From Octopus sinensis (lineage: Eukaryota), in contig NW_021832047.1 of NCBI RefSeq assembly GCF_006345805.1, positions 1 through 35,719 on the forward strand: a stretch of DNA of 35,719 nucleotides, written 5' to 3'. Made by a program: the position numbers and the translations under genes. A model generated the notes under the pieces. That model was not told the origin of the DNA. It searched no databases and saw only the letters and a list, made by a program, of their open reading frames with translations. Below are positions 1-13,790 of the stretch, in pieces. The stretch's first letter is position 1. Every line of letters begins with the position of its first letter.

Positions 1-30
1 CATGCATACAGACATACATACATACATACA

Positions 31-62
<32 letters not shown>

Positions 63-300
63 CATACATACATACATATATACATACATACATATATACA
101 TACATGCATACATACACACATACATACATACATACATACATACATACATACATACATACAGACAGACATACACATACACATACATACATACATACATATA
201 TACATACATACATGCATACATACATACATACAATACATATATGCATATACGCATTCACAATTTTCACAGATGTAATACGTATATATACATACATGTATGT
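1..300. repeat. (CATA)n microsatellite, degenerate; opposite polarity to the large array at 1567-11120
   Basis: Direct reading: catacatacata... with CA and TA variants. Confidence 0.95.
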
Positions 301-312
301 GTGTGTGTGTGT

Positions 313-400
313 GTGTGACGTAAACGACCAGGCAATCACATGTTGTCACGCATCGCTTGTTACAATGCACTTTACATTGTTTTAGCCTTCGGGCGACGCC
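313..400 (-). mobile_element. Diverged 3' tail fragment of SINE family B2
   Basis: gaccaggcaatcacatgttgtcacgcatcgcttgttacaatgcac...ttgttttagccttc..gacgcc aligns by eye to 15330-15405. Confidence 0.6.
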
Positions 401-784
401 CCTGTTCCGGCTGAGTGAACTGATCGAAACGGAGACAACGAAACGAAGCGTTTTGATCGACGACACAGCGCGATGCCTCGTCAAGGAATCGCTCCATCGA
501 TTTCTATGTGTGTGGGGTGTGGGGGTGGGGATGTGGGGGTGGGGGCGTGTGTGAGAGTATTGATTAATGTTCGAGTTCAAACCCTCCTAGGCAGCATCGC
601 ATTGCATCTCACCCCACAATTAGTAAACAGGAGATAATTGTTATATTCATTTTAATGAACTACAGCTGTTTCAAGATATCATCTGTGTGTGGTGTGGTGT
701 GGTAGTGTGTGTGTGTGTGTGTATGCAGGTACTAATTGATTGAGGCACACCAACACCCCCCCCTATAGCGTAATGGGCAGGTAC

Positions 785-1032
785 CATGACGACGACGGCG
801 TTGCGGTGGCGGCGATGACGATGACGGCGGTGGCGGTGGAAATGACGACGACGACGGCGGTGGCGATGACGACGGTGGCGGTGGCGATGACAGCGACGGC
901 GGTGGCGATGACGATGGCGGCGGTGGCGGTGACGACGACGGCGGCGGCGATGACGACGACGGCGGCGGTGGCGTTGACGACGCCGGCGGTGGTGGCGATG
1001 ACGACGGCGGCGGTGGCGATGACGACGGCGGC
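785..1032. repeat. GC-rich compound trinucleotide repeat (GAC/GGC/GGT/GAT)n
   Basis: About 250 bp of in-phase gacgacgacggcggtggcgatg variants. Confidence 0.9.
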
Positions 1033-1039
1033 ATTCCCC

Positions 1040-1250
1040 TTTACTCTTCACTCTTTTGTACTTACTTCAGCCATTTGACTGCGGCCGAGCTGGAGCACCG
1101 CCATTTGTCGAACAAATCGACTTATTCTTATTCCAGGACTTATTCTTTGCAAGCCCACTACTTATTCTATTGCGCGACGTTTGCCAAACCGCTAAGTTAC
1201 GGGGACGTAAACACACCAACATTGGTTGTTAAGCGATGATTGTCGGGAGC
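1040..1250 (-). mobile_element. SINE family A, 3' half only
   Basis: Reverse complement of the 3' half of the full copy at 25306-25731 (catttgactgcggcc..gctggagcaccgcc, cgctaagttacggggacgtaaacacacca). Confidence 0.85.
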
Positions 1251-1254
1251 CAAT

Positions 1255-1453
1255 CACAATCACACAAACACACACGCATACACACACACACACGCATACG
1301 CACACACATATACACACATGCGCACACACACACACATCCACACATACACGTATACACGCACACTCACACACCGCCGGGCGCGTGCACTCATACACATACG
1401 CACACACACATACGCGCACATACACGCACATACACGCACACACACACAAATGC

Positions 1454-1485
<32 letters not shown>

Positions 1486-1566
1486 GCATGCGCACGCACG
1501 CAGACACAGTCAAAATCAACATCAGTAGCAGTAGCAGCAACACACACATGCAGGCATACATACACA
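1255..1566. repeat. (CA)n/(CACG)n degenerate microsatellite
   Basis: Direct reading. Confidence 0.9.
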
Positions 1567-1596
1567 TGTGTGTTTGTGTGTATGTATGTATGTATG

Positions 1597-1627
<31 letters not shown>

Positions 1628-1906
1628 GTATCTATGTATGCGTATATGTGTGCATACATACGCGTATGTATGTATGTATGTATGTATGTGTCTGTGTATG
1701 TATGTATGTATGTGTGTGCATGTATGTATGTATGTGTGTGTGTATGTGTGTATGTATGTGTGTGTGTATGTGTGTATGTATGTATGTATGTGTGTGTGTA
1801 TGTGTGTATGTATGTATGTATGTGTGTGTGTATGTGTGTATGTATGTATGTATGTGTGTGTGTGTATGTATGTATGTATGTATGTATGTGTGTATGTATG
1901 TATGTA

Positions 1907-1937
<31 letters not shown>

Positions 1938-4900
1938 ATGTGTGTGTGTGTATGTATGTATGTATGATGTGTGTGTGTATGTGTGTATGTATGTATGTAT
2001 GTGTGTGTGTATGTGTGTATGTATGTATGTGTGTGTGTATGTGTGTATGTATGTATGTATGTGTATGTGTGTATGTATGTATGTATGTATGTATGTGTGT
2101 ATGTATGTATGTATGTGTGTGTGTATGTATGTATGTGTGTGTGTATGTATGTATGTATGTATGTATGTATGTATGTATGTATGTATGTATGTATGTGTAT
2201 GTGTGTGTGTATGTATGTATGTATGTATGTGTGTGTGTATGTGTGTATGTATGTATGTATGTGTGTGTGTATGTGTGTATGTATGTATGTGTGTATGTGT
2301 GTATGTATGTATGTATGTGTGTATGTGTGTATGTATGTATGTATGTATGTATGTATGTATGTGTGTATGTATGTATGTATGTGTGTGTGTATGTGTGTAT
2401 GTATGTATGTATGTATGTGTATGTGTGTATGTGTGTATGTATGTGTATGTGTGTATGTGTGTATGTATGTGTGTGTGCATGTGTGTATGTATGTATGTAT
2501 GTGTATGTGTGTATGTGTGTATGTATGTGTATGTGTGTATGTATGTATGTATGTATGTATGTATGTATATATGTGTGTGTGTATGTATGTATGTATGTAT
2601 GTATGTATGCATGTATGTATGTATGTATGTATGTGTGTATGTGTGTATGTATGTGTGTGTGTATGTGTGTATGTATGTATGTATGTATGTGTGTGTGTAT
2701 GTGTGTATGTATGTATGTATGTGTATGTGTGTATGTGTGTATGGATGTATGTATGTGTGTGTGTATGTATGTATGTATGTATGTATGTATGTGTGTATGT
2801 ATGTATGTATGTATGTATGTATGTATGTATGTATGTATGTGTGTGTGTATGTATGTATGTGTGTGTGTATGTGTGTATGTATGTATGTATGTATGTATGT
2901 GTGTATGTGTGTATGTATGTGTATGTGTGTATGTATGTATGTATGTATGTATGTATGTATGTATGTTTGTATGTGTGTGTGTATGTATGTATGTATGTAT
3001 GTATGTATGCATGTATGTATGTATGTATGTATGTGTGTATGTGTGTATGTATTTATGTATGTGTTTGTGTATGTGTGTATGTATGTATGTATGTGTGTGT
3101 GTATGTGTGTATGTATGTATGTATGTGTATGTGTGTATGTGTGTATGTATGTATGTATGTATGTGTGTGTGTATGTATGTATGTATGTATGTATGTGTGT
3201 ATGTATGTATGTATGTATGTATGTATGTATGTGTGTATGTATGTATGTATGTATGTATGTATGTATGTATGTGTGTATGTATGTATGTATGTGTGTGTAT
3301 GTGTGTATGTATGTATGTGTATGTGTGTATGTGTGTATGTATGTGTATGTATGTATGTATGTATGTATGTATGTATGTATGTATGTATGTATGTATGTAT
3401 GTGTGTGTGTATGTATGTATGTATGTATGTATGTATGTATGCATGTATGTATGTATGTATGTATGTATGTATGTATGTATGTGTGTATGTATGTATGTAT
3501 TTATGTATGTATGTATGTGTGTATGTATGTGTATGTGTGTATGTATGTATGTATGTATGTATGTATGTATGTATGTATATATGTATGTATGTATGTATGT
3601 GTGTATGTATGTGTGTATGTATGTATGTATGTATGTGTGTATGTATGTATGTATGTATGTGTATGTGTGTATGTATGTATGTATGTATGTATGTATGTAC
3701 GTATGTTTGTATGTATGTATGTATGTATGTATGTATGTATGTATGTATGTGTGTATGTATGTGTGTATGTATGTATGTATGTATGCATGTATGTATGTAT
3801 GTATGTGTATGTGTGTATGTATGTATGTATGTGTATGTATGTATGTATGTATGTATACATGTATGTATGTATGTATGTATGTATGTAGGTATGTATGTAT
3901 GTATGTATGTATGCATGTATGTATGTATGTATGTATGTATGTATGTGTGTATGTATGTATGTATGTATGCATGTATGCATGTATGTATGTATGTATGTAT
4001 GCATGTATGCATGCATGTGTGTATGTGTGTATGTATGTATGTATGTATGTATGTATGTATGTATGCATGTATGTATGTATGTATGTATGTATGTATGTAT
4101 GTATGTGTGCATGTATGTATTGTATGTATGTATGTATGTATGTATGTATGTATGCAGTATGTATGCATGTATGTATGCATGTGTGTATGTTGTATGTATG
4201 TATGTATGTATGTATGTATGTATGTATGTATGTATGTATGTATGTATGTATGTATGTATGTATGTATGTATGTACGTATGTTTGATGTATGTATGTATGT
4301 ATGTATGTATGTATTATGTGTGTATGTATGTGTGTAGTATGTATGTATGTATGCATGTATGATGGTATGTATGTAGTATGTATGTATGTATGTATGTATG
4401 TATGTTTGTATGTATGTATGTTGTATGTATGTATGTATGCATGCATGTAGTATGTATGTATGTATGTATGTGTGTATGTATGATGTGTGTATGTATGTAT
4501 GTATGTATGCATGCATGTGTGTGTATGTATGTATGTGTGTGGTGTATGTGTGTATGTATGTATGTATGTATGCATGTATGTATGTATGTATGTATGTGTG
4601 TAGTATGTATGTAGTGTATGTGTGTATGATGTATGTATGTATGTATGTATGTATGTATGTATGTATGTATGTATGTATGTATGTATGTATGTATGTATGT
4701 ATATGTATGTGTGTGTATGTGTTGTATGTATGTATGCTGTATGTATGTATGTATGTATGTATGTATGTATGTATGTATGTATATGTATGTATGTATGTAT
4801 GTGTTTATGTATGTATGTTATGTATGTATGTACGTATGTTTGTATGTATGTATGTATGTATGTATGTATGTTATGTATGTGTATGTATGTGTGTATGTAT

Positions 4901-5175
4901 GTATGTATGTATGCATGTATGTATGTATGTATGTATGCATGTATGTATGTATGTATGTATGTGTGTTGTATGTATGTATGTATTGCATGTATGTATGTAT
5001 GTATGTATGTGTGTATGTATGTGTGTATGTATGTATGTATGTATGCATGCATGTATGTATGTATGTATGTGTGTATGTATGTGTGTATGTATGTATGTAT
5101 GTATGCATGTATGTATGTATGTATGTATGTGTGTATGTATGTATGTATGTGTATGTGTGTATGTATGTATGTATG

Positions 5176-5209
<34 letters not shown>

Positions 5210-8179
5210 TGTATGTATGTATGTATGTATGTATGTGTATGTGTGTATGTATGTATGTATGTGTATGTATGTATGTATGTATGTATGTATACATGTATGT
5301 ATGTATGTATGTATGTGTTTATGTATGTATGTATATATGTGTGTGTGTATGTGTATGTGTGTATGTATGTATGTATGTATGTATGTGTATTTATGTATGT
5401 ATGTATGTATGTGTGTATGTATGTATGTATGTATGTATGTATGTGTGTATGTATGTATGTATGTATGTGTGTATGTATGTGTGTATGTGTATGTGTATGT
5501 ATGTGTATGTGTATGTGTGTGTATGTATGTATGTGTGTAGTGTGTATGTATTTATGTATGTGTTTGTGTATGTGTGTATGTATGTATGTATGTTGTGTGT
5601 GTATGTGTGTAGGTATGTATGTATGTAGTATGTGTGTATGTATGTATATGTGTATGTATGTATGTATGTATGTTGTGTGTATGTATGTATGTATGTATGT
5701 ATGTATGGTGTATGTATGTATGTATGTATGTATGTATGTGTATGTGTGTATGTATGTATGTATGATGTATGTATGTATGTAGTGTGTGTATGTATGTAGG
5801 TGTGTGTATGTGTGTGTGTATGTAGTATGTGTATGTGTGATGTATGTGTATGTATGTATGTATGTGATGTATGTATGTATGTATGTATGTGGTGTGTGTA
5901 TGTATTATGTTGTATGTATGTATGTATGCATGTATGTATGTATGTATGTATGTATGTAGTATGTATGTGTGTATGTATGTATGTATTATGTATGTATGTA
6001 TGTGTGTATGTATGTGTATGTGTGTATGTATGTATGTATGTATGTATGTATGTATGTATGTATATATGTATGTATGTATGTATGTGTGTATGTATGTGTG
6101 TATGTATGTATGTATGTATGTGTGTATGTATGTGTATGTATGTGTATGTGTGTATGTAGTATGTATGTTATGTATGTACGTATGTTTGTATGTATGTATG
6201 TATGTCTGTATGTATGTATGTAGTATGTGTATGTATGTGTGTATGTATGTATGTATGTATGATGCATGTATGTATGTATGTTGTGTATGTGTGTATGTAT
6301 GTAATGTATGTATGTATGTATGTATGTATGTATACATGTATGTATGTATGTAGGTATGTATGTAGGTATGTATGTATGTATGTATGGATGTATGTATGTA
6401 TGTATGTTATGTATGTATGTGTATGTGTGTATGTATGTATGTATGTATGCATGTATGTGTATGTATGTATGTATGTATGCATGTATGTATGCATGCATGT
6501 GTGTATGTGTGTATGTATGTATGTATGTATGTATGTATATGTATGCATGTATGTATGTATGTATGTATGTATGTATGTATGTATGTGTGCATGTATGTAT
6601 TGTATGTATGTATGTATGTATGTATGTATGTATGCAGTATGTATGCATGTATGTATGCATGTGTGTATGTTGTATGTATGTATGTATGTATGTATGTATG
6701 TATGTATGTATGTATGTATGTATGTATGTATGTATGTATGTATGTATGTATGTACGTATGTTTGATGTATGTATGTATGTATGTATGTATGTATTATGTG
6801 TGTATGTATGTGTGTAGTATGTATGTATGTATGCATGTATGATGGTATGTATGTAGTATGTATGTATGTATGTATGTATGTATGTTTGTATGTATGTATG
6901 TTGTATGTATGTATGTATGCATGCATGTAGTATGTATGTATGTATGTATGTGTGTATGTATGATGTGTGTATGTATGTATGTATGTATGCATGCATGTGT
7001 GTGTATGTATGTATGTGTGTGGTGTATGTGTGTATGTATGTATGTATGTATGCATGTATGTATGTATGTATGTATGTGTGTAGTATGTATGTAGTGTATG
7101 TGTGTATGATGTATGTATGTATGTATGTATGTATGTATGTATGTATGTATGTATGTATGTATGTATGTATGTATGTATGTATATGTATGTGTGTGTATGT
7201 GTTGTATGTATGTATGCTGTATGTATGTATGTATGTATGTATGTATGTATGTATGTATGTATATGTATGTATGTATGTATGTGTTTATGTATGTATGTTA
7301 TGTATGTATGTGTATGTGTATGTGTGTTGTATGTAGTATGTATGTATGTATGTGTATTTATGTATGTATGTATGTTGTATGTGTGTATGTATGTATGTAT
7401 GTATGTATGTGTGTGTGTATGTATGTATGTATGTATGTATGTATGTGTATGTGTTTGTGTGTGTATGTCTGTATGTATGTGTATGTGTGTATGTATGTAT
7501 TTATGTATGTATGTGTATGTGTGTATGTATGTATGTATGTATGTATGTATGTATGTATGTATGTATGTATGTGTATGTGTGTATGTATGTATGTATGTAT
7601 GTGTATGTGTGTAAGTATGTATGTATGTATGTATGTGTATGTATGTATGTATCCATGCATGTATGTATGTATGTATGTATGTATGTGTATGTGTGTATGT
7701 ATGTATGTATGTATGTATGTGTGTATGTATGCATGTATGTATGTATGTATGTATGTATGTATGTATGTATGTATGTATGTATGTATGTATGTGTATGTGT
7801 GTATGTGTGTATGTATGTAATGTATGTATGTATGTATCTATGTATCTATGTATGTATGTATGATGTATGTATGTATGTATTTATGTATGTATGTATGTAT
7901 GTATGTATGTGTATGTGTGTATGTGTGTATGTATGTAATTTATGTATGTATGTATCTATGTATCTATGTATGTATGTATGATGTATGTATGTATGTATTT
8001 ATGTATGTATGTATGTATGTGTATGTGTGTATGTATGTATGTATGTATGTATGTATGTATGTATGTATGTATGTATGTGTATGTGTGTATGTATGTATGT
8101 ATGTATGTGTGTATGTATGTATGTATGTGTATGTGTGTATGTATGTATGTATGTATGTGTATGTGTGTATGTGTGTATG

Positions 8180-8210
<31 letters not shown>

Positions 8211-8455
8211 TGTATGTATGTATGTATCTATGTATCTATGTATGTATGTATGATGTATGTATGTATGTATTTATGTATGTATGTATGTGTATGTGTGTAT
8301 GTGTGTATGTATGTATGTATGTATGTATGTATGCATGTATGTATGTATGTGTATGTGTGTATGTCTGTATGTATGTATGTATGTATGTGTGTGTGTATGT
8401 ATGTATGTGTGTGTGTATGTATGTGTGTATGTATGTATGTATGTATGTGTGTGTG

Positions 8456-8487
<32 letters not shown>

Positions 8488-8669
8488 TGTGTGTGTATAT
8501 GTATGTATGTATGTGTGTGTGTATGTATGTATGTGTGTGTATATGTATGTATGTATGTGTGTGTGTATGTATGTATGTATGTATGTGTATGTATGTGTGT
8601 ATGTATGTATGTATGTGTATGTGTGTATGTATGTATGTATGTATGTATGTGTATGTGTGTGTGTGTATG

Positions 8670-8700
<31 letters not shown>

Positions 8701-10174
8701 TGTATGTATGTATGTATCTATGTATCTATGTATGTATGTATGATGTATGTATGTATGTATTTATGTATGTATGTATGTATGTGTATGTGTGTATGTGTGT
8801 ATGTATGTATGTATGTATGTATGTATGCATGTATGTATGTATGTGTATGTGTGTATGTGTGTATGTATGTATGTATGTGTGTGTGTATGTATGTATGTGT
8901 GTGTGTATGTATGTATGTATGTATGTATATGTATGTATGTGTGTGTGTATGTATGTATGTATGTATGTATGTATGTATGTGTATGGTGTGTATATGTATG
9001 TATGTATGTGTGTGTGTATGTATGTGTGTGTATATGTATGTATGTATGTGTGTTGTATGTATGTATGTATGTATGTAGTATGTATGTATGTATGTATGTG
9101 TGTATGTATGTATGTATGTATGTATGTATGTATGTATGTGTGTATGTATGTATGTATGTATGTATGATGTGTGTATGTATGTATGTAGTATGTATGTATG
9201 TATGTGTGTATGTGTGTATGTATGTATGTATGTATGTATGATGTGTGTATGTATGTGTATGTATGTATGTATGCATGTATGTATGTATGCATGTATGTAT
9301 GTATGTATGTATGTATGTATGTATGTATGTAGTTTGTATGTATGTATATATGTATGTATGTACGTATGTATGTGTATGTATGTATGTATGTATGTATGTA
9401 TGTATGTATGTATATATGTATGTATGTACGTATGTATGTGTATTTATGTATGTATGTATGTACGTATGTATGTGTATGTATGTATGTATGTATGTATGTA
9501 TGTATGTGTGTATGTATGTATGTATGTATGTATGTATGTGTGTGTGTATGTATGTATGCATGTATGTATGCATGTATGTATGTATGTATGTATGTATGTA
9601 TGTGTGTATGTATGTATGTATGTACGTGTGTATGTATGTATGCATGTATGTATGTATGTATGTATGTGTGTATGTATGTATGTATGCATGTATGTATGTA
9701 TGTATGTATGTATGCATGTATGTACGTATGTATGTATGTGTGTATGTATGTATGTATGTATGTACGTATGTATGTGTATGTATGTATATATGTATGTATG
9801 TATGTACGTACGTACGTATGTATGTATGTATGTATGTATGTATGTATGTGTGTGTGTATGTATGTATGTATGTATGTATGTATGATGTATGTATGTATGC
9901 ATGTATGTATGTATGTATGTATGTATGTATGTATGTATATATGTATGTACGTATGTATGTGTATGTATGTATGTATGTATGTATGTATGTATGTATGTAT
10001 GTATGTATGTATGTATATATGTATGTATGTACGTATGTATGTGTATGTATGTATGTATGTATGTACGTATGTTTGTGTATGTATGTATGTATGTATGTAT
10101 GTATGTATGTGTGTATGTATGTATGTATGTATGTATGTATGTATGTTGTGTGTGTATGTATGTATGCATGTATG

Positions 10175-10205
<31 letters not shown>

Positions 10206-11120
10206 GTATGCATGTATGTATGTATGCATGTATGTATGTATGTATGTATGTATGTATGTGTGTATGTATGTATGCATGTATGTATGTATGTATGTATGTA
10301 TGTATGTATGTGTGTGTGTATGTATGTATGTATGTATGTATGTATGTATGTATGTATGCATGCATGTATGTATGTATGTATGTATGTATGTATGTATGTA
10401 TGTGTGTATGTATGTATGCATGTATGTATATATGTACGTATGTATGTATGTGTGTATGTATGTATGTATGTATGTGTGTATGTATGTATGTATGTATGTA
10501 TGTATGCATGTATGTATGTATGCATGTATGTATGTATGTATGTGTGTATGTATGTATGCATGTATGTATGTATGTATGTATGTATGTATGTATATATGTA
10601 TGTATGTACGTATGTATGTGTATGTATGTATGTATGTATGTATGTATGTATGTATGTATGTGTGTGTGTATGTATGTATGTATGCATGTATGTATGTATG
10701 TATGTATGCATGTATGTATGTATGTATGTATGTATGTATGTATGTATGTATGTATGTGTGTATGTATGTATGCATGTATGTATATATGTACGTATGTATG
10801 TATGTGTGTATGTATGTATGTATGTATGTATGTTTGTATGTATGTATGTACATATGTATGTACGTATGTATGTAGGTATGTGTGTGTGTATGTATGTATG
10901 TATGTATGTTTGTATGTATGTATGTATATATGTATGTACGTATGTATGTAGGTATGTATGTGTATGTATGTATGTATGTATGTATGTATGTATGTATGTA
11001 CGTACGTATGTATGTATGCATGCTTGTAGGTATGTGTGTATGTATGTATGTATATATGTTTGTATGTATGTATGTATGCGTGCATGTATGTGTGTGTATG
11101 TATGTATATGTGTGTGTATG
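1567..11120. repeat. Giant degenerate (TATG)n tetranucleotide array, about 9.5 kb, with TG, CATG and TACG variant units and internal block duplications
   Basis: Direct reading; it produces the MYVC/HTYI pseudo-ORFs. Confidence 0.97.
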
Positions 11121-11857
11121 CGCGGAGGGGGGGAAGGAGATATGTGCCCCAAATCTGTCTCGTGGATGGTGACCTTGGAAGAGATGAGGTATGTTGTTGA
11201 TATCAGATAAATATCAGATGTTTGTATTGGGGCCATGAAGAGTGCTGGTGGAGGATGATGATGAGGAGGAGGGAGATATGGAGTAGAGGGAGAGGAAATC
11301 AGATGTGTATCAATGACAAACAGGCTGGAAGAAGAGAGTAAGAGGGAGGGAGGGAGAGAGGGGGAGCGAGGGAGGGAGACGGGGTGGATTAAGAGTGTAC
11401 GACCGGTGTATATGTATGTGTGTGTTTGTTAATGTGTGTGTGTATGTGTGTGTGTATGAGTGTACATCCGTGCTGTTCCTGTGAGAATACCAAGAAGCAA
11501 GATGTGTATGTAAGTTTGCCCCTGTTTGTGTGTGTGTGTAAGTATGCCCCTGTTTGTGTGTGTGTGTGTGTGTTGTGTGTGTGTGTGTGTGTGTGTGTGT
11601 GATTATTCAGTTTTATTGCAAGATTCCTTGCCAATAGAGAAAGAACTGGTTTCTAACCCAGATCCAAGGCTTCTTCATTGGAATTTCAACATCCAACAAC
11701 AGGGTGTGGTAAGTAGCTTGCTCACCAACCACACGGTTCCAGGTTCAGTCCCTCTGCGTGGCACCTTGGGCAAATGTCTTCTACTATAGCCCCGGGCCGA
11801 CCAGAGCCTTGTGAGTGGATTTCGTAGACGGAAACTGAAAGAAGCCCATCGTATATG

Positions 11858-12028
11858 TCTTCCCTTCTCTCGATCTTTCCTTCTCCTATGTTTCCGACGA
11901 AGAGCTCCGCTCGAAACGTTAGACCCTCCTTCTTTCCTTCTTTCCTGAGCGTCCAATAATACTATATTTGTTCCACGTCCCTCGCGTTGTTGTGTTTTTT
12001 TTGTGCTTTCTTGTTTTGGATTAACTTT
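11858..12028 (+). mobile_element. PLE pseudo-LTR-like fragment with a hammerhead-like motif, inserted in the (TA)n linker of a SINE
   Basis: Absent from the other SINE A copies; contains CCGACGA-A-GAGC-tcc-GCTC-GAAACGTT and ends at (TA)n. The PLE assignment is inferred from the motif layout. Confidence 0.6.
11890..11924 (+). ncRNA. Minimal type I hammerhead ribozyme-like motif, degenerate (core U4>C)
   Basis: Stem I GTTT/AGAC with one G-U pair; core CCGACGA (11894-11900); extra A; stem II GAGC/GCTC; GAAA; palindromic ACGT stem III; GUU triplet. Confidence 0.6.
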
Positions 12029-12114
<86 letters not shown>

Positions 12115-12403
12115 CGTGTGTGTATATGTTTGTGTGTCTGTGTTTGTCCCTCCAATATCGCTTGACAACCGATGCTGGTGTGTTTACGTCCCCGTAACTT
12201 ATCGATAGAATAAGTACTAGGCTTAGAAAGAATAAGTCCTGGGGTCGATTTGCTAGACTGAAGGCAGTGCTCCAGCATGGCCACTGGCCACAGTCAAATG
12301 ACTGAAACAAATAAAGGAGTAAGAGAGAGTAAAGAGTGTGTCTCGTGAGAATGTTGTGACTTGTTCTAATTGTCTCTTAATATTAATCATGTTCCCAGAA
12401 CGT

Positions 12404-12786
12404 CTTTTCGCATTCCGTCGGTTGCGACGATGAGGGTCCCAGCTGATACGATCACCGGAACAGCTTGCTCGTGGAATTAACGTGCAAGTGGCTGAGCACT
12501 CCACAGGCACGTGTGCCCTTAACGTAGTTCTCGAGGAGATTCAGCGTGACACAGAGAGTGACAAGGCCGGCCCTTTGAAATACAGGTACAACAGAAACAG
12601 GAAGAAGGAGTGAGAGAAAGTTGTGGTGAAAGAGTACAGCAGGGTTCACCACCACCCCCTGCCGGAGCCTCGTGAAGCTTTAGGTGTTTTCGCTCAATAA
12701 ACACTCACAATGCCCGGTCTGGGAATCGAAACCGCGATCCTACGACCGCGAGTTCGCTGCCCTAACCACTGGGCCATTGCGCCTCC
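12404..12786 (-). mobile_element. Full-length tRNA-derived SINE, family B head with tail type 1, 11-bp TSD
   Basis: Minus-strand head ggaggcgcaatggcccagtggttagggcagcg...ggtttcgattccc with A and B boxes; direct repeat tcccagaacgt at 12393-12403 and 12787-12797. Confidence 0.93.
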
Positions 12787-13051
12787 TCCCAGAACGTAAG
12801 TCTAGGTCATTGACATAAAATGTGTGGCTGACATTATTTTAGTCATTTCTATACAAATGTTTTTTTTTATACTGTGCCGTGCAATGACTAAGAAAAATGG
12901 TCTAACAAAGGGGCATATAAGCCCTTGACAGAAAAAACAAGAAGGCTTTCCTATCTGCGTGTGATTCGAACCCACATCCCTTTGTTAACGCAACTGTGTT
13001 ACATTTACACCAGCGAATCAGCCTCCCTTTCCCCATCAAATTTAAGAACTA

Positions 13052-13392
13052 CTAGCAATATGACCCGGCGTTGCATGCATATAAAGCTGCGTGCGTGCGC
13101 ACATACACGCGAGTACTGTCCAAATCTCCGACCAATCACATACAGCTAGCTGGCATTCAATTGGCGTATCAAGTTTCGGGCATTTTGATTGGGTTTTGGA
13201 TAGAAAATTCACAAAAAGGTCACTTCTATTGATTTTTTAATGGCTTTGCGGGGTGACTGGGGGAAATGTAAAGATATGCACGACCACCCTTGGACGGTTT
13301 TGAATGACCATAGAAAGTGTTAGCCCTCTGACTGAAAAATTGTGGATTTGTATAAAGGACACACACACAGACATTTTGCCGTTTATATATAT
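13052..13392 (-). mobile_element. Non-autonomous Helitron-like element, family 2
   Basis: Minus-strand 3' end ...caacgccgggtcatattgCTAG|T. The internal block gcacgaccacccttggacgg...aaggacacac is shared with 14874-14993. The 5' TC terminus is not visible. Confidence 0.7.
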
Positions 13393-13393
13393 A

Positions 13394-13790
13394 CTAGCAG
13401 TATCGCCCGGCGTTGCTCGGGTTTGTAAGGGAAATAACTATATAAGCATTTTTAGAGAGTTATAACCAAAAAATAGCAAAAAAATGCATTAAAAATGGAA
13501 AACAAATTAAGGTAAATTTTTTTTTAAATCGTTGACACATCGTAGATATTTTTAGAGAGTTACTTCCCTTATATAATAGCGAAAAAATGCATTAAAATGG
13601 AAAAATATGATGGTAAATTTTTTAAAAATCTTAGACTCATCGTAGACGCACGCTAATACCTAGAAGGGCTCGATATGAATCACGACTATAAGATACCCGG
13701 TTTTGGTTACACTGCACCGCAAAATGTGGGAGTAGTTAGGAATCTAAATCGTAGGAGACAGACACACAACTTCACTTTTATATATAAAGA
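13394..13790 (-). mobile_element. Non-autonomous Helitron, family 1 (397 bp)
   Basis: Minus strand A|TCTTTATATATAAAAG...hairpin cccgagcaacgccggg...CTAG|T gives a 5' TC, 3' CTAG, subterminal hairpin, AT target and no TSD. A close copy lies at 32296-32693. Confidence 0.9.

Larger units (their letters stand above)
11702..12336 (+). mobile_element. SINE family A (tRNA-like head, CORE-like ccttgggcaa(g)t segment, (TA)n linker, 3' half), interrupted at 11858-12028
   Basis: Colinear with 25306-25731 on both sides of a foreign 170-bp insert. Confidence 0.9.

Noticed and set aside
671-1078. Arg/His-rich, Pro/Ser-rich and Ala/Thr-rich ORFs as a protamine- or extensin-like gene
   Set aside because: All frames are open only because of the triplet repeat; no splice or promoter support.
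1240-11236. Very long ORFs (up to 1176 aa) of MYVC/HTYI repeats
   Set aside because: They are translations of (TATG)n/(CATA)n, which lacks stop codons in most frames; no non-repetitive coding content.
11858-11924. The 11.9-kb motif as an active ribozyme
   Set aside because: The conserved U4 is C in this copy; it is kept only as a degenerate motif.
12700-12786. SINE heads as genuine tRNA genes (also 15500-15586, 23688-23762, 29478-29550, 31779-31845)
   Set aside because: A and B boxes are present but no convincing full cloverleaf, and each continues into a repeat body.
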